DNA of 64,000 bases, taken from Fidelibacterota bacterium. Its GTDB lineage: Bacteria > Fidelibacterota > Marinisomatia > Marinisomatales > TCS55. The notes under the pieces are model-generated. The model searched no databases. It was not told the origin of the DNA and worked only from the letters and a program-made list of their open reading frames with translations. A program made the translations under genes and the position numbers. The stretch covers positions 46,348 to 110,347 of the forward strand of contig JAPNQO010000079.1 of NCBI GenBank assembly GCA_027251445.1, written 5' to 3'. Shown piece after piece: positions 12,101 to 21,220 of this stretch. Each line of letters begins with the position of its first letter. The stretch's first letter is position 1.

Positions 12101-12203
12101 ATACTGTAGGGGCCATTGTAAAAAAATAGATCGTAAAAGAAATTGCTAGAACAATAGAAGCAAAAATTCTATTTAGTTTTGTATGTTGTATAGAAAGATT
12201 CAA
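9195..12203 (-). CDS. DUF2723 / TMEM260-like (GT117) multi-TM glycosyltransferase with C-terminal TPR-like region
   Basis: APTVSYWDCGEFI, GVPHPPGSPLY, AVEAEVYA, QPRERDY, FTNGDNDTFPLWY motifs. Confidence 0.88.
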   Translation of the reverse strand: MNLSIQHTKLNRIFASIVLAISFTIYFFTMAPTVSYWDCGEFIATSFILGVPHPPGSPLYLLLGRIFSMIPTNPDIAFRVNIISPIVSAVACMLLYLIIVKIILHWRGKIKNNTDLLIVFGGALVGSLTFAFTDSHWFNAVEAEVYAMSTFFTAIVVWLILLWSENADNDGSERYILIIAYMFGLAIGVHILNLLTLPFLALIIYFRKTNFDWKTFFITMGLTAAVFLVIHNGIIKGLPRMSKLVGLEGVGLLVIITFAVVIWTIRNKQQLLSLIFTSIILILVGYSSYATIFIRSGQDPMIDENDPETISRAISYLEREQYGAIGQLPRKYIKNKVGTPSHKAQIVGNPETVKTNNGKSYREFSSRQNRKYMFHNFGTQWDFFWGYQMKKMYWRYFLWQFAGRGPSGDPGVSSFGANSPAHPSPQDGVYWFHFGLPLALLLGLVGIFYHFNKDGELAFSVFTLFLMTGIAVILYLNQDNPQPRERDYSYVGSFLAFSIWIGIGSASIIEWCSNFFKNKQYGIRIISLLVIFQILAVPGMMLKANYHEHNRSGNLVAWDYSYNLLQSCEPNAVLFTNGDNDTFPLWYLQEVEGIRTDVTVANLSLLNTPWYIRQLREIREFETHRFVSIDGSSLQIIKLSDKQIRDLTRGLTPWKKRDVTLPIDTPDKITWSVKPTYAGQALKIQDMMIMQIINDSKWTSPIYFAVTVSPSNRLGLEPYLEMDGLAYRLRPYKTKGINPENMAKHLITDFGQDEWSKSFNSRKWNDDEGRVWFKDYDPRYLFRHLGNEDVYYNEQIIRLLQNYRSAYMQLAVHYFMDYQKLPKDQKEGDKGKSLQEKVLLILDEMNENIPDNTIRMDSKELYYQMGRLYFGVGQKNKLRDVLDNLLLREDISIKDRLDYGQSYLVELDEPDIAKNIYETLYNSFNNTERIVQTRGLESAGLSSKSWRQWQNNYSNIVSHLVIAYQKLDMNVEAETVLTGWLERNPSDRQAKKLLDELKGNSP

Positions 12204-12517
12204 GTTTCTTGCTCCTCATTATTACTGTTGTCACTATTTGATTCATCAGAATTATTTTTCTGGTCATTATAACTCATTTTTAATGCATGGATATTTTCAC
12301 TAAAAAATTTTTCTTCTTCTTCAGATAAATTTCCAGTCATTCTTTTATATATCATATCAAGCATATCTATTTGAGTAGAGGCTTGCTGTAAATCCTTTTC
12401 AAGCTTATTATTCATCGGATTATTCATAGTTCCCAGATAAACCCAAGCGCTATGAACAAGGGATGAAACTAGCTGGTCAAATAATTGTTGTTCAGTTAAT
12501 TTACTTTCTAGAGCCAT
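12200..12517 (-). CDS. DUF1844 family protein
   Basis: LVSSL..AWVYLG..NP..KDLQQASTQIDMLDMI..MTGNLSEEE pattern. Confidence 0.7.
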   Translation of the reverse strand: MALESKLTEQQLFDQLVSSLVHSAWVYLGTMNNPMNNKLEKDLQQASTQIDMLDMIYKRMTGNLSEEEEKFFSENIHALKMSYNDQKNNSDESNSDNSNNEEQET

Positions 12518-12578
12518 AAATAATACTATTTAATCTAAATAAAGTCAGCAAATATAGAATTGTTGAATATAAAATGCT

Positions 12579-13451
12579 CTATGCATTCTTTTTTATAATA
12601 AATATAAGAGAACTACACTTATCTTTGGAGAAAATTGATAATGTCCATGATTTAAAACCATTTATTAAACCACTCATAAAAGATTTTCCCATATGTTTTG
12701 CGCTTAACATTGAAACATAAAAGGGATCAAAATTCATTCTATATATTGATTCTATATTTAGCCCATGAGGTTTTATAGTTTTATTCATAGACTTTATTGT
12801 AAAATGATATAGATGGCGAGGAGTATCATAAGCAGCCCAAAACTCTTTATATATTTTTGCATCTGTTGATTGATAGTTAGGTAATGCGACAATTAAAAAT
12901 CCATCCAGTGTTAAACTCTTTTTTATTTTATCAAGATATACCCAAGGTTCGTGTACATGCTCTAGACTGTGCCAGCATGTAATTACATCATATTTTTCTT
13001 TATTATTTATCCAATCTTTAGGATCCATTACTTTAATATTTAACTTCTTATTTGCTATTTTTCTTGCCTTATTTGACGTGTCTACGCCATTTATATTCCA
13101 ATGATTTTCTTTCATGTATTGCAAAAAGTCACCCGCGCCGCATCCAATATCAAGAATTTTACCATTCGATTTATTAAAATATTTTCCAATTAATTTCTTT
13201 TTCTTATTTAATTGATAGGTACGTACTAATCCATAAATACTATCAAATATTCCAGATACTTTATCATCATGTGATATGTAATCATCTGAAGAATAATAAT
13301 TACCAATTATTTTTTTATCTGGGAATGGTGTTGTAGTTCTTATAGAGCATGCTTCACATTCAACAATATCAAAAGATTCGCCAGTAACTAAATAATCTTT
13401 AGTCACAAATTTAAATTTCATTTCTGTAGTGCAAATAGGACAAGAATTCAT
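12579..13451 (-). CDS. Class I SAM-dependent methyltransferase with N-terminal Zn-ribbon
   Basis: CPIC...CEAC, ILDIGCGAG, WHSLEHV, PRHLYHF. Confidence 0.88.
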   Translation of the reverse strand: MNSCPICTTEMKFKFVTKDYLVTGESFDIVECEACSIRTTTPFPDKKIIGNYYSSDDYISHDDKVSGIFDSIYGLVRTYQLNKKKKLIGKYFNKSNGKILDIGCGAGDFLQYMKENHWNINGVDTSNKARKIANKKLNIKVMDPKDWINNKEKYDVITCWHSLEHVHEPWVYLDKIKKSLTLDGFLIVALPNYQSTDAKIYKEFWAAYDTPRHLYHFTIKSMNKTIKPHGLNIESIYRMNFDPFYVSMLSAKHMGKSFMSGLINGFKSWTLSIFSKDKCSSLIFIIKKNA

Positions 13452-13456
13452 ATCTG

Positions 13457-15535
13457 TTAAGTTATATTTATTGTGTCAAAATATTGAGAATAATCATTTA
13501 TCAATCTTTCTTTCATTAATAAATGATTATTCAATTTTGGATCATCATTAATAATCTTTTGAGCGCAAACCCTAGCCTTTCTTATAATTGCCCCATCATT
13601 AATCATATCTGCTAGCTTATAATTAAAATAACCACTCTGTTCTGTGCTAAAGAATTTTCCAGGACCTCGCATTTTTAAATCCTCATCAGCAATGATAAAT
13701 CCATTACTAGTATTTTCCATTATTTCTAAACGTTTTTTTGAGTTTGTGGATACATTCCTCTCAACAAGAATGCAATAACTCTTAGCTTCTCCTCTACCAA
13801 CTCGACCGCGCAACTGATGAAGCTGTGTTAAACCAAAGCGTTCAGAATTTTCAATAAGAATAACAGATGCATTTGGCACATCGATTCCTACTTCTATTAC
13901 TGTTGTTGAAACTAAAATATTTATATTATTATTTTCAAAATTTTCCATAATTCTTTCTTTATCACTATTTTTCATTTTACCATGTATTAAACCTAAACTA
14001 ACGTTATTAAATAATTGTTTCAATTTTTCATACCCCTCCGTTGCAGCGGCTAAATCAGACTTTTTTGTTTCTTCTACTAATGGAAAAACAATAATACACT
14101 GTCTTCCAGCTGCTATTTCTTCTTTCATAAAGGTATATACTTTTATCAAACGTTTATCATTAACAATTTTAGTTATAATCTTTTTCCTATTTTTTGGGAT
14201 TTCATCAATTATTGATAAATCCATATCTCCATGATAAGTAATTGCCATGGTTCGAGGTATAGGTGTAGCAGTCATCGCTAATAAATGCGGATTAGCACCT
14301 TTTTTAATTAAATCACCCCTTTGAAGTACTCCAAAACGATGTTGTTCATCCACTATAATTAATCCAAGTTTTTTAAACTTAACATTTTTTTGTATTAATG
14401 CATGAGTCCCTATAATAACATTAATCTTTCCATCTTTTAAAGCAGCTAAAACCTTATCTTTTTCAGACGCCTTTTGTTTACCAACAATTAATGCACAATT
14501 TATGTGGATAGTATCTAAATATTTTTTAAATGATTTATAATGTTGATGTGCTAAGATTTCAGTAGGAGCCATTATTGCAACCTGCATATTATTTTCTACA
14601 GAAACTATTGCTGTAATAATTGCAACAATTGTCTTACCACATCCAACATCACCTTGTAGCAAACGATTCATAGCACTATTACTAGATATATCTTTATTAA
14701 TTTCTTTAATTACATTTTTTTGTGCATTCGTAAGGTCAAATCCTAAATTATCAATTATTTTTTTTACTTTTTCCCCTTTTATTTTAAAAGGTTTTGAATT
14801 TATAGTTTTTAATGAAGATCTTCGTAATACCATTAATAATTGAAGAAAAAAATGCTCATCAAACTTCAGTCTTTTGATAGATGCTTCAAGATCCATAATA
14901 GATTCTGGGAAATGAATGTTTTTAATCGCCCTTTTTAAAGATATTAATTTTTCTTTATTTAAAAATTCGCTTTCATAATAATCTTTCATTATTTCTATAT
15001 GAGGTAAAACTTTTTTCATTAAACGTCGAAAAAAACGATGTTCAATCTTTACCTTTTTCAGATCACTAGTTAAAGGATAAAGTGAAACTATTGACCCTGT
15101 ATTTATTGGGTCTATATCTGAATCAATTTTATCGTAATCTGGATGTAAAATTTGATATCCATTAAAAAAATCAATTTTCCCATGCACTGCTAAACGGTCA
15201 TCTTTTTTAATTGAGTTCTTAATATATTTGGCCCCATTAAACCAAACTAGTTTTACAAGACCTGTCCCATCTGAAATAATGGCTTCAAATAACGTTCTAT
15301 TTTTTGTCCTTCTTATTCCACATACTTCAATATTTCCTAAAATAGTTACATTATCATTTAGCTTTAAATCTTTAATTAGCTTTATTGTTGTTCGATCTAA
15401 ATATCGTCGAGGATAATAATTCAATAAATCAATAACTGAATTAATAGAAATATTATTAAAGGCTTGTAACTTTTTAGGGCCTATACCCTTAATATTATTA
15501 ATAGAGGTATTTAAACTATTTTTAATTTCTGACAC
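13457..15535 (-). CDS. recG: ATP-dependent DNA helicase RecG
   Basis: RLLQGDVGCGKT, DEQHRFGV, MTATPIPRT, QLHQLRGRVGRG. Confidence 0.97.
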   Translation of the reverse strand: MSEIKNSLNTSINNIKGIGPKKLQAFNNISINSVIDLLNYYPRRYLDRTTIKLIKDLKLNDNVTILGNIEVCGIRRTKNRTLFEAIISDGTGLVKLVWFNGAKYIKNSIKKDDRLAVHGKIDFFNGYQILHPDYDKIDSDIDPINTGSIVSLYPLTSDLKKVKIEHRFFRRLMKKVLPHIEIMKDYYESEFLNKEKLISLKRAIKNIHFPESIMDLEASIKRLKFDEHFFLQLLMVLRRSSLKTINSKPFKIKGEKVKKIIDNLGFDLTNAQKNVIKEINKDISSNSAMNRLLQGDVGCGKTIVAIITAIVSVENNMQVAIMAPTEILAHQHYKSFKKYLDTIHINCALIVGKQKASEKDKVLAALKDGKINVIIGTHALIQKNVKFKKLGLIIVDEQHRFGVLQRGDLIKKGANPHLLAMTATPIPRTMAITYHGDMDLSIIDEIPKNRKKIITKIVNDKRLIKVYTFMKEEIAAGRQCIIVFPLVEETKKSDLAAATEGYEKLKQLFNNVSLGLIHGKMKNSDKERIMENFENNNINILVSTTVIEVGIDVPNASVILIENSERFGLTQLHQLRGRVGRGEAKSYCILVERNVSTNSKKRLEIMENTSNGFIIADEDLKMRGPGKFFSTEQSGYFNYKLADMINDGAIIRKARVCAQKIINDDPKLNNHLLMKERLINDYSQYFDTINIT

Positions 15536-15541
15536 AAGGTA

Positions 15542-16873
15542 TTAATTCCATTCCTTGCGATAAGTATATGTTGTGGTAATTTTTTTGCCCTTTGGCACTG
15601 ATAGTAGAAAATGTATTGTAGTAGCATCTTTTTTTATGTAATCGTTCGATGCTTCCTTTATAACCCAGTCTCCAAGTATTTTTTCTTCTAATCTTATATC
15701 AATATCTTCGTCTTTTGTATTATTTATTAATATTTCAATGGAAGCTTCTTCACTTTTCCTTTGCCTATCAAAGTTCACAACGCGTCGTTTACCAATAATA
15801 TCAAATGATCTACCTGCGCGAATAATTAGAGTTTCACCTTTAGGTGTTTGTTTTATATTATTCTCACCAATAAATCCTAAGTCTTTATCAGAATATTCAT
15901 AAAGCGATATGCGACCTTGTGGAAGAGGTATGCCTAGATTATTCTCTATCGTATTTTTTAATTGAAATTCTATTTCTAAAGGTTCATCTTTTTGACTCTT
16001 TTCACTATTGTGAAAAACATAAATTTTGGTATAATTGATTTGTCTAGAATCATACAATCGGATAGTAATATGTTCATTACTGCCAAATTCTATTCTTTTA
16101 GGATAATTATATATATGGAAATCTCCAAGAGTAGCATTTTCGCCAAGCTGTGTATCCATTTCATTATTTCTAGAAATAGAGGATGATCTTCTATTCAATC
16201 TCATTGTATTTTTGCTGGTATTACCTAGTGTACCCTCAACTAATTTAATTTTCAAATTATTAAATGCTACACTACTATTATTCGACACATATGCTTCAGG
16301 AATCAATGATGCTTTCGAATTATCAATCAAAACCATTCTATACACTGCATTCCAGGCAAACCCGCTGGTCATGTATACTAAGTCACCTGATATATTATTT
16401 TGATTTGATGATACATCCCATTGTAAAGCTGGTCTTAGCATTGGATTATCAATGATCTTTCTTGACGATATTTGTTTTACTTGATCTTTTTTAATATGAA
16501 CTACATCACGACGTGTTTGAATGCTATACCCATCTGAAGAAATAGAAATTAATTTCCCAAATTGATCTTCATCATCAATAGTAGTTATTGTTACAGAAGA
16601 ACCTAAAGACTCTTTAAAAAGTTTTTTTTCTGAAAACAAATTTTTATTCAATTTTTGATTTAAAACTTTCCCATTTAATAAGCTAAGATACGGAGTGCTT
16701 TCTCTTATACCTTCAGGGAGCGTTCCAAATTCTATTCTACTAGATCCATCATTAATTGACCAAGCTACAGGCTGTTGAATTAAAGCTAATCCATTTTTAT
16801 ATATAGTCATTGTTGCATCAAATGACTGAGAATAAACAATTACAGAAGTAAATAATAATATGATTTTCTTCAT
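15542..16873 (-). CDS. DUF4139-like exported protein
   Basis: Signal peptide, MTIYKNGLALI, LVYMTSGFAWNAVY, LGIPLPQGRISLY, IGENNIKQTPKGE. Confidence 0.7.
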   Translation of the reverse strand: MKKIILLFTSVIVYSQSFDATMTIYKNGLALIQQPVAWSINDGSSRIEFGTLPEGIRESTPYLSLLNGKVLNQKLNKNLFSEKKLFKESLGSSVTITTIDDEDQFGKLISISSDGYSIQTRRDVVHIKKDQVKQISSRKIIDNPMLRPALQWDVSSNQNNISGDLVYMTSGFAWNAVYRMVLIDNSKASLIPEAYVSNNSSVAFNNLKIKLVEGTLGNTSKNTMRLNRRSSSISRNNEMDTQLGENATLGDFHIYNYPKRIEFGSNEHITIRLYDSRQINYTKIYVFHNSEKSQKDEPLEIEFQLKNTIENNLGIPLPQGRISLYEYSDKDLGFIGENNIKQTPKGETLIIRAGRSFDIIGKRRVVNFDRQRKSEEASIEILINNTKDEDIDIRLEEKILGDWVIKEASNDYIKKDATTIHFLLSVPKGKKITTTYTYRKEWN

Positions 16874-19500
16874 TTAATCATATCATAGTTTTTTGTGATT
16901 TTTTCTAGCTCTAAAACCATATCCTCTTTTTTTTCTTTTTCACGATCGACAATATTCTTTGGGGCCCGTTTTAAAAATTCTTTATTTTTTAGTTTACTAT
17001 TAGCACCAATTAAATGATTATTCAATTCCTTAATACGTTTTTGCAAACGTTTTTTCTCAATATCAAAATCAATAATCCCTTTTAATGGTATAAAAATTTC
17101 CATGTTATCTACAATGGCAGTCGCAGATTGAGATGGTTTCTTACTATCTTCTGTCATTTCTATAGTTTCTATTTTAGCTAATGATTTAATTATTAGACTA
17201 TGAGAATTTAAGATTGATTTTTGTTCACTATTACATTGAACAATCATTTTACATAGTTTATTTGGTGGAACATTCATTTGAGAACGGATTGTTCTAATAG
17301 ATGAAATTAAACTTTTTAATATCTCCATTTCATCTTCTAATGATTTATTAATCCATTTATTTTCTATTTTAGGCCAATCTTTAACTATAAGGTCAGAGTC
17401 ATTATGTTTTTTTAATTTTGACCAAATCTCTTCAGTTACAAATGGGGAATATGGATGAAGTAGTATAATTATATTTTTCAGTACGTATTTAGAAACACTT
17501 TTAACCGTGTTCGTATACGATTCGTTATCTTTTTTAAACCTTGTTTTTGAAATTTCAATATACCAGTCACAATAATCATTCCATGTAAATTCATAGATGA
17601 CTTTAGCTGCTTCATTAAAATTAAAATTATTTAAATATTTATTTATTCTATCTATTGCAAATTGCAGACGGTGTAAAATCCATAATTCTGGAAGCTTTAA
17701 ATTATTTTCTGAAAAATCATCTGACATATCATCATCAATATTCATTAATATAAATCTAGAAGCATTCCATAATTTGTTTACAAAATTTCTACCGACCTCA
17801 AGACCTTTGGATGAAAATAAAACATCCAATCCTTGAGGAGCCATTAACATAATTCCAAATCGAACTGCGTCAGTTCCATATTCATCAAATAAAGTAAAAG
17901 GATCCGGTGAGTTACCTAATGATTTACTAAATTTTTTACCCGTTTCATCTCTTAAAATACTGGTAAAGTAGACATCCTTAAATGGTAAATCATCCAAAAA
18001 TTCATAACCAGACATAATCATTCTTGCAACCCAAAAGAATATAATATCAGGACCAGTAACTAGAGATGCAGTGGGATAGTAATATTTTAAATCATGATTA
18101 TTTTTTGGCCATTCATGAACTGCAAAAGGCCATAGCCATGAAGAAGCCCAAGTATCCAAAACATCCTCATCTTGAGTCCAATTCTCTATATCATTAGGCC
18201 CACCAACAGAGACATGAACTTTTTCTTTATCTTCTTTATGATACCATACAGGTATACGATGACCCCACCACAATTGGCGACTTATACACCAATCATTAAT
18301 ATTATTCATCCAATGATTATATGTTTTAACCCAATGCTCAGGATGAAATTTTATACTTCCATTATTTACAGCTTCTATTGCAGGCTTTGATAATTCATTC
18401 ATTTTTAAAAACCATTGACTTGACATATAATATTCAATTGGAACGTTGCCGCGTTCAGAAAATCCAACTTTGTGATTATACTTTTCAATTTTTTCTAATT
18501 GATCATTTGCTTTTAAATCATTAACAATTTTCTCTCTCGCAGAGTCACGAGATAAATTTCTATATGATTCTGGAACATTTGAATTCAGTGAAGCATCTTC
18601 ATTCATAATATTTATAAACTCAAGATCATGCTTTTTGCCAATGTCAAAATCATTAGGATCATGCGCAGGAGTTACCTTAACACATCCAGATCCAAATTCC
18701 ATATCAACAAAATTATCTCCAATAATTGGTATCTCACGATTTGCTAATGGTAAAAGAACTGTCTTACCAATCAAATGTTTAAATCTTTTATCTTTTGGAT
18801 GCACCGCAACAGCTGTATCTCCTAGCATTGTTTCTGGGCGGGTTGTTGCAACAATTAATACTTCATCAGAGTTTTTTATTGGATATCTAAAATGCCATAA
18901 ATGGCCGTTTACTTCTTGATGAATTACTTCTTCATCACTAATTGCTGACTTTGAAACTGGACACCAATTCACTAAACGAAAGCCTTTATAAATCAGACCT
19001 TTATTATATAAAACTACAAAAGCTTCTAGCACAGAATTAGTATAATCATCATCCATAGTAAATCTTTCCCTGTCCCAATCACAAGAGCAACCCAGTCTTT
19101 TAAGTTGTTGTATTATTATACCTCCATATTTTTCTTTCCATTCCCATGAGTACTTTAAAAATTCATCTCTTGATAAAGATTCTTTTTTTATCCCTTTATC
19201 TTGTAACATTTGTACTACTTTAGCTTCTGTTGCAATAGATGCATGATCAGTCCCGGGAATCCAACAAGCCTCTCTACCTTCCATTCTTGCTTTTCTAATT
19301 AAAATATCCTGTATAGTATTGTTCAAAACATGACCCATAGTAAGCATGCCGGTAACATTTGGAGGAGGGATTACAATTGTATAAGGTTCTTTATTAGGAT
19401 CTGGCTTAGATTTGAAATAATTATTCTCTAACCAATATTGGTACCATTTTTCTTCGATGTTTACTGGATTATATACTTTATCTAGTTTAGATGTAGACAT
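16870..19500 (-). CDS. valS: Valine--tRNA ligase
   Basis: PPPNVTG, GTDHASIATE, DWCISRQLWWGHRIP, DIIFFWVARM, KFSKS, C-terminal coiled coil. Confidence 0.97.
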   Translation of the reverse strand: MSTSKLDKVYNPVNIEEKWYQYWLENNYFKSKPDPNKEPYTIVIPPPNVTGMLTMGHVLNNTIQDILIRKARMEGREACWIPGTDHASIATEAKVVQMLQDKGIKKESLSRDEFLKYSWEWKEKYGGIIIQQLKRLGCSCDWDRERFTMDDDYTNSVLEAFVVLYNKGLIYKGFRLVNWCPVSKSAISDEEVIHQEVNGHLWHFRYPIKNSDEVLIVATTRPETMLGDTAVAVHPKDKRFKHLIGKTVLLPLANREIPIIGDNFVDMEFGSGCVKVTPAHDPNDFDIGKKHDLEFINIMNEDASLNSNVPESYRNLSRDSAREKIVNDLKANDQLEKIEKYNHKVGFSERGNVPIEYYMSSQWFLKMNELSKPAIEAVNNGSIKFHPEHWVKTYNHWMNNINDWCISRQLWWGHRIPVWYHKEDKEKVHVSVGGPNDIENWTQDEDVLDTWASSWLWPFAVHEWPKNNHDLKYYYPTASLVTGPDIIFFWVARMIMSGYEFLDDLPFKDVYFTSILRDETGKKFSKSLGNSPDPFTLFDEYGTDAVRFGIMLMAPQGLDVLFSSKGLEVGRNFVNKLWNASRFILMNIDDDMSDDFSENNLKLPELWILHRLQFAIDRINKYLNNFNFNEAAKVIYEFTWNDYCDWYIEISKTRFKKDNESYTNTVKSVSKYVLKNIIILLHPYSPFVTEEIWSKLKKHNDSDLIVKDWPKIENKWINKSLEDEMEILKSLISSIRTIRSQMNVPPNKLCKMIVQCNSEQKSILNSHSLIIKSLAKIETIEMTEDSKKPSQSATAIVDNMEIFIPLKGIIDFDIEKKRLQKRIKELNNHLIGANSKLKNKEFLKRAPKNIVDREKEKKEDMVLELEKITKNYDMIK

Positions 19501-19530
19501 GCAAAAGATTTATATAATAAATAGTAAAAG

Positions 19531-20040
19531 TTATCTTTCTAAAACAAGACTAAATGCTGTCGTCAATTTCAATACATTTTGATTGGTCTCTAAAACTTTC
19601 CTGGAAAGGATCTTTGCAAGATTCATCATCACTTTATATCCAATTTCATTATTATCATTACATATTGCGAATAAATCATCTTTCATTAATTGGCTTAAAT
19701 GACATTCCGTAATTGCTTTAACGCTAGCACTTCGGCGGTCTTCTTTATCAAATAGTGACATTTCACCGAATAAAGGCCTTAGATTTGCTGATAAATTAAT
19801 AATTGCTTTTTCACGATTATCTAGCCCTCCCTTATGCATTGAAAGAGTAAGAGCTTGATTGATCCTTACATTCCCTTTTAATAAAAGATATATTGAATCT
19901 CCAACATCTCCTTCAACAATAAAATTTTCTCCTTCTGGAACCGTAATCTCTCTCATTTTTTCTTTAAACAATGAAACTTCTTCATCATTTAACTTATTAA
20001 ATATTTCAAATTGTTTTAATTCATTAACATCCATAAACAC
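19531..20040 (-). CDS. Stand-alone cyclic nucleotide-binding domain protein
   Basis: EGDVGDSIYLLLKGNV and phosphate-binding cassette FGEMSL...RSAS; no HTH. Confidence 0.85.
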   Translation of the reverse strand: MFMDVNELKQFEIFNKLNDEEVSLFKEKMREITVPEGENFIVEGDVGDSIYLLLKGNVRINQALTLSMHKGGLDNREKAIINLSANLRPLFGEMSLFDKEDRRSASVKAITECHLSQLMKDDLFAICNDNNEIGYKVMMNLAKILSRKVLETNQNVLKLTTAFSLVLER

Positions 20041-20041
20041 C

Positions 20042-21166
20042 TCAAGGAATTACAATGGCTCGTTGGCCTTCTTCAATTAAAAAATTACTTTTTGGGTTAA
20101 TTACTGTGGTTACTTTACTCTCTTCTTGTAAAGAAATTCCTCCCTCATTCAATTTTCTTTCAATAAATGCATCTAAAGCAGATGAATCCGCAGATAAAAC
20201 TTCTCCAATTCCTAAATTTTCTTCTTCAGAAAATAATCCAACAAGAATTGATCCATTTGTAGAACGAAAATAGTTAAATAAATCATCAAATGGTCTTCCT
20301 ATAAATTGTGATGGAATATCTACTCGTTTCAGTCTTTCATCAGAACTAGCATTTAGCAATCCTTTTGTAGTTTGGGGAATCCCAGGATCCATAACGTGAG
20401 AAGCTAACATATAAGCTCCAAAATCATCACTTAAGACAACCTCATCTACATTTGCTCTACGTATATGGGTTAGATTCTCACGCTGCATCAGATATGCTAC
20501 GACACGAACAGTTGATGAAATACTCTTTATAGTAAGTGTTGCAAAAATTGTTTTTTCATCTGGTGAGCCTATCTTTTCATCATCTATATTCGGAATAACA
20601 ACAACAGTATTAGCGTCTTCAATACTTGCTCTTTTTAATATCTCTTCACTAGTAAAATCTCCAGCGACAAAATGTAAATCAATATCTTTATATTTATTCC
20701 TTAAATGATTTACAATATCTTCGTGAATATCATTAACTAAGACTAAATGAAGTGAATCTTTTTCAGACAAATTTCTTAATGAATCAATAATTGATTCTGC
20801 ATTTTGATTCCAACCACATAAAACAATGTGATCACTTATATTTATTTTTTCCAAACCTTTATCCTCCCTAATTCTTTTTGCTACATATATAGATGAAATA
20901 GATGCAGTTAACAGAGAAACTAGCGCAATACCTGCAAACATTATAAAAACTGCAAATAATCTACCCTCTGGAGTACTAGGAGAAAAATCACCATATCCAA
21001 CTGTAGTCATGGTGACAATAGCCCACCAGAAAGGAGTTTCTTTTTCTGTAATAGAACCAGCTTCTAAATACATAATAACTACCCCGCCGATAATCATTAC
21101 TATAAATAAACCAGCTCCAACCTGGAAGAAACTGTTCCGTATAAGTTTTCTAAACCACCGTCTCAT
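20042..21166 (-). CDS. Potassium channel (pore + RCK/TrkA-N domain, MthK-like)
   Basis: WWAIVTMTTVGYGD selectivity filter; HIVLCGWN RCK start. Confidence 0.92.
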   Translation of the reverse strand: MRRWFRKLIRNSFFQVGAGLFIVMIIGGVVIMYLEAGSITEKETPFWWAIVTMTTVGYGDFSPSTPEGRLFAVFIMFAGIALVSLLTASISSIYVAKRIREDKGLEKINISDHIVLCGWNQNAESIIDSLRNLSEKDSLHLVLVNDIHEDIVNHLRNKYKDIDLHFVAGDFTSEEILKRASIEDANTVVVIPNIDDEKIGSPDEKTIFATLTIKSISSTVRVVAYLMQRENLTHIRRANVDEVVLSDDFGAYMLASHVMDPGIPQTTKGLLNASSDERLKRVDIPSQFIGRPFDDLFNYFRSTNGSILVGLFSEEENLGIGEVLSADSSALDAFIERKLNEGGISLQEESKVTTVINPKSNFLIEEGQRAIVIP

Positions 21167-21220
21167 AGTTAAAAATTTAAGTCTAGAATAATTAAGATAT
21201 AAAGGATGGATTTATAATAA

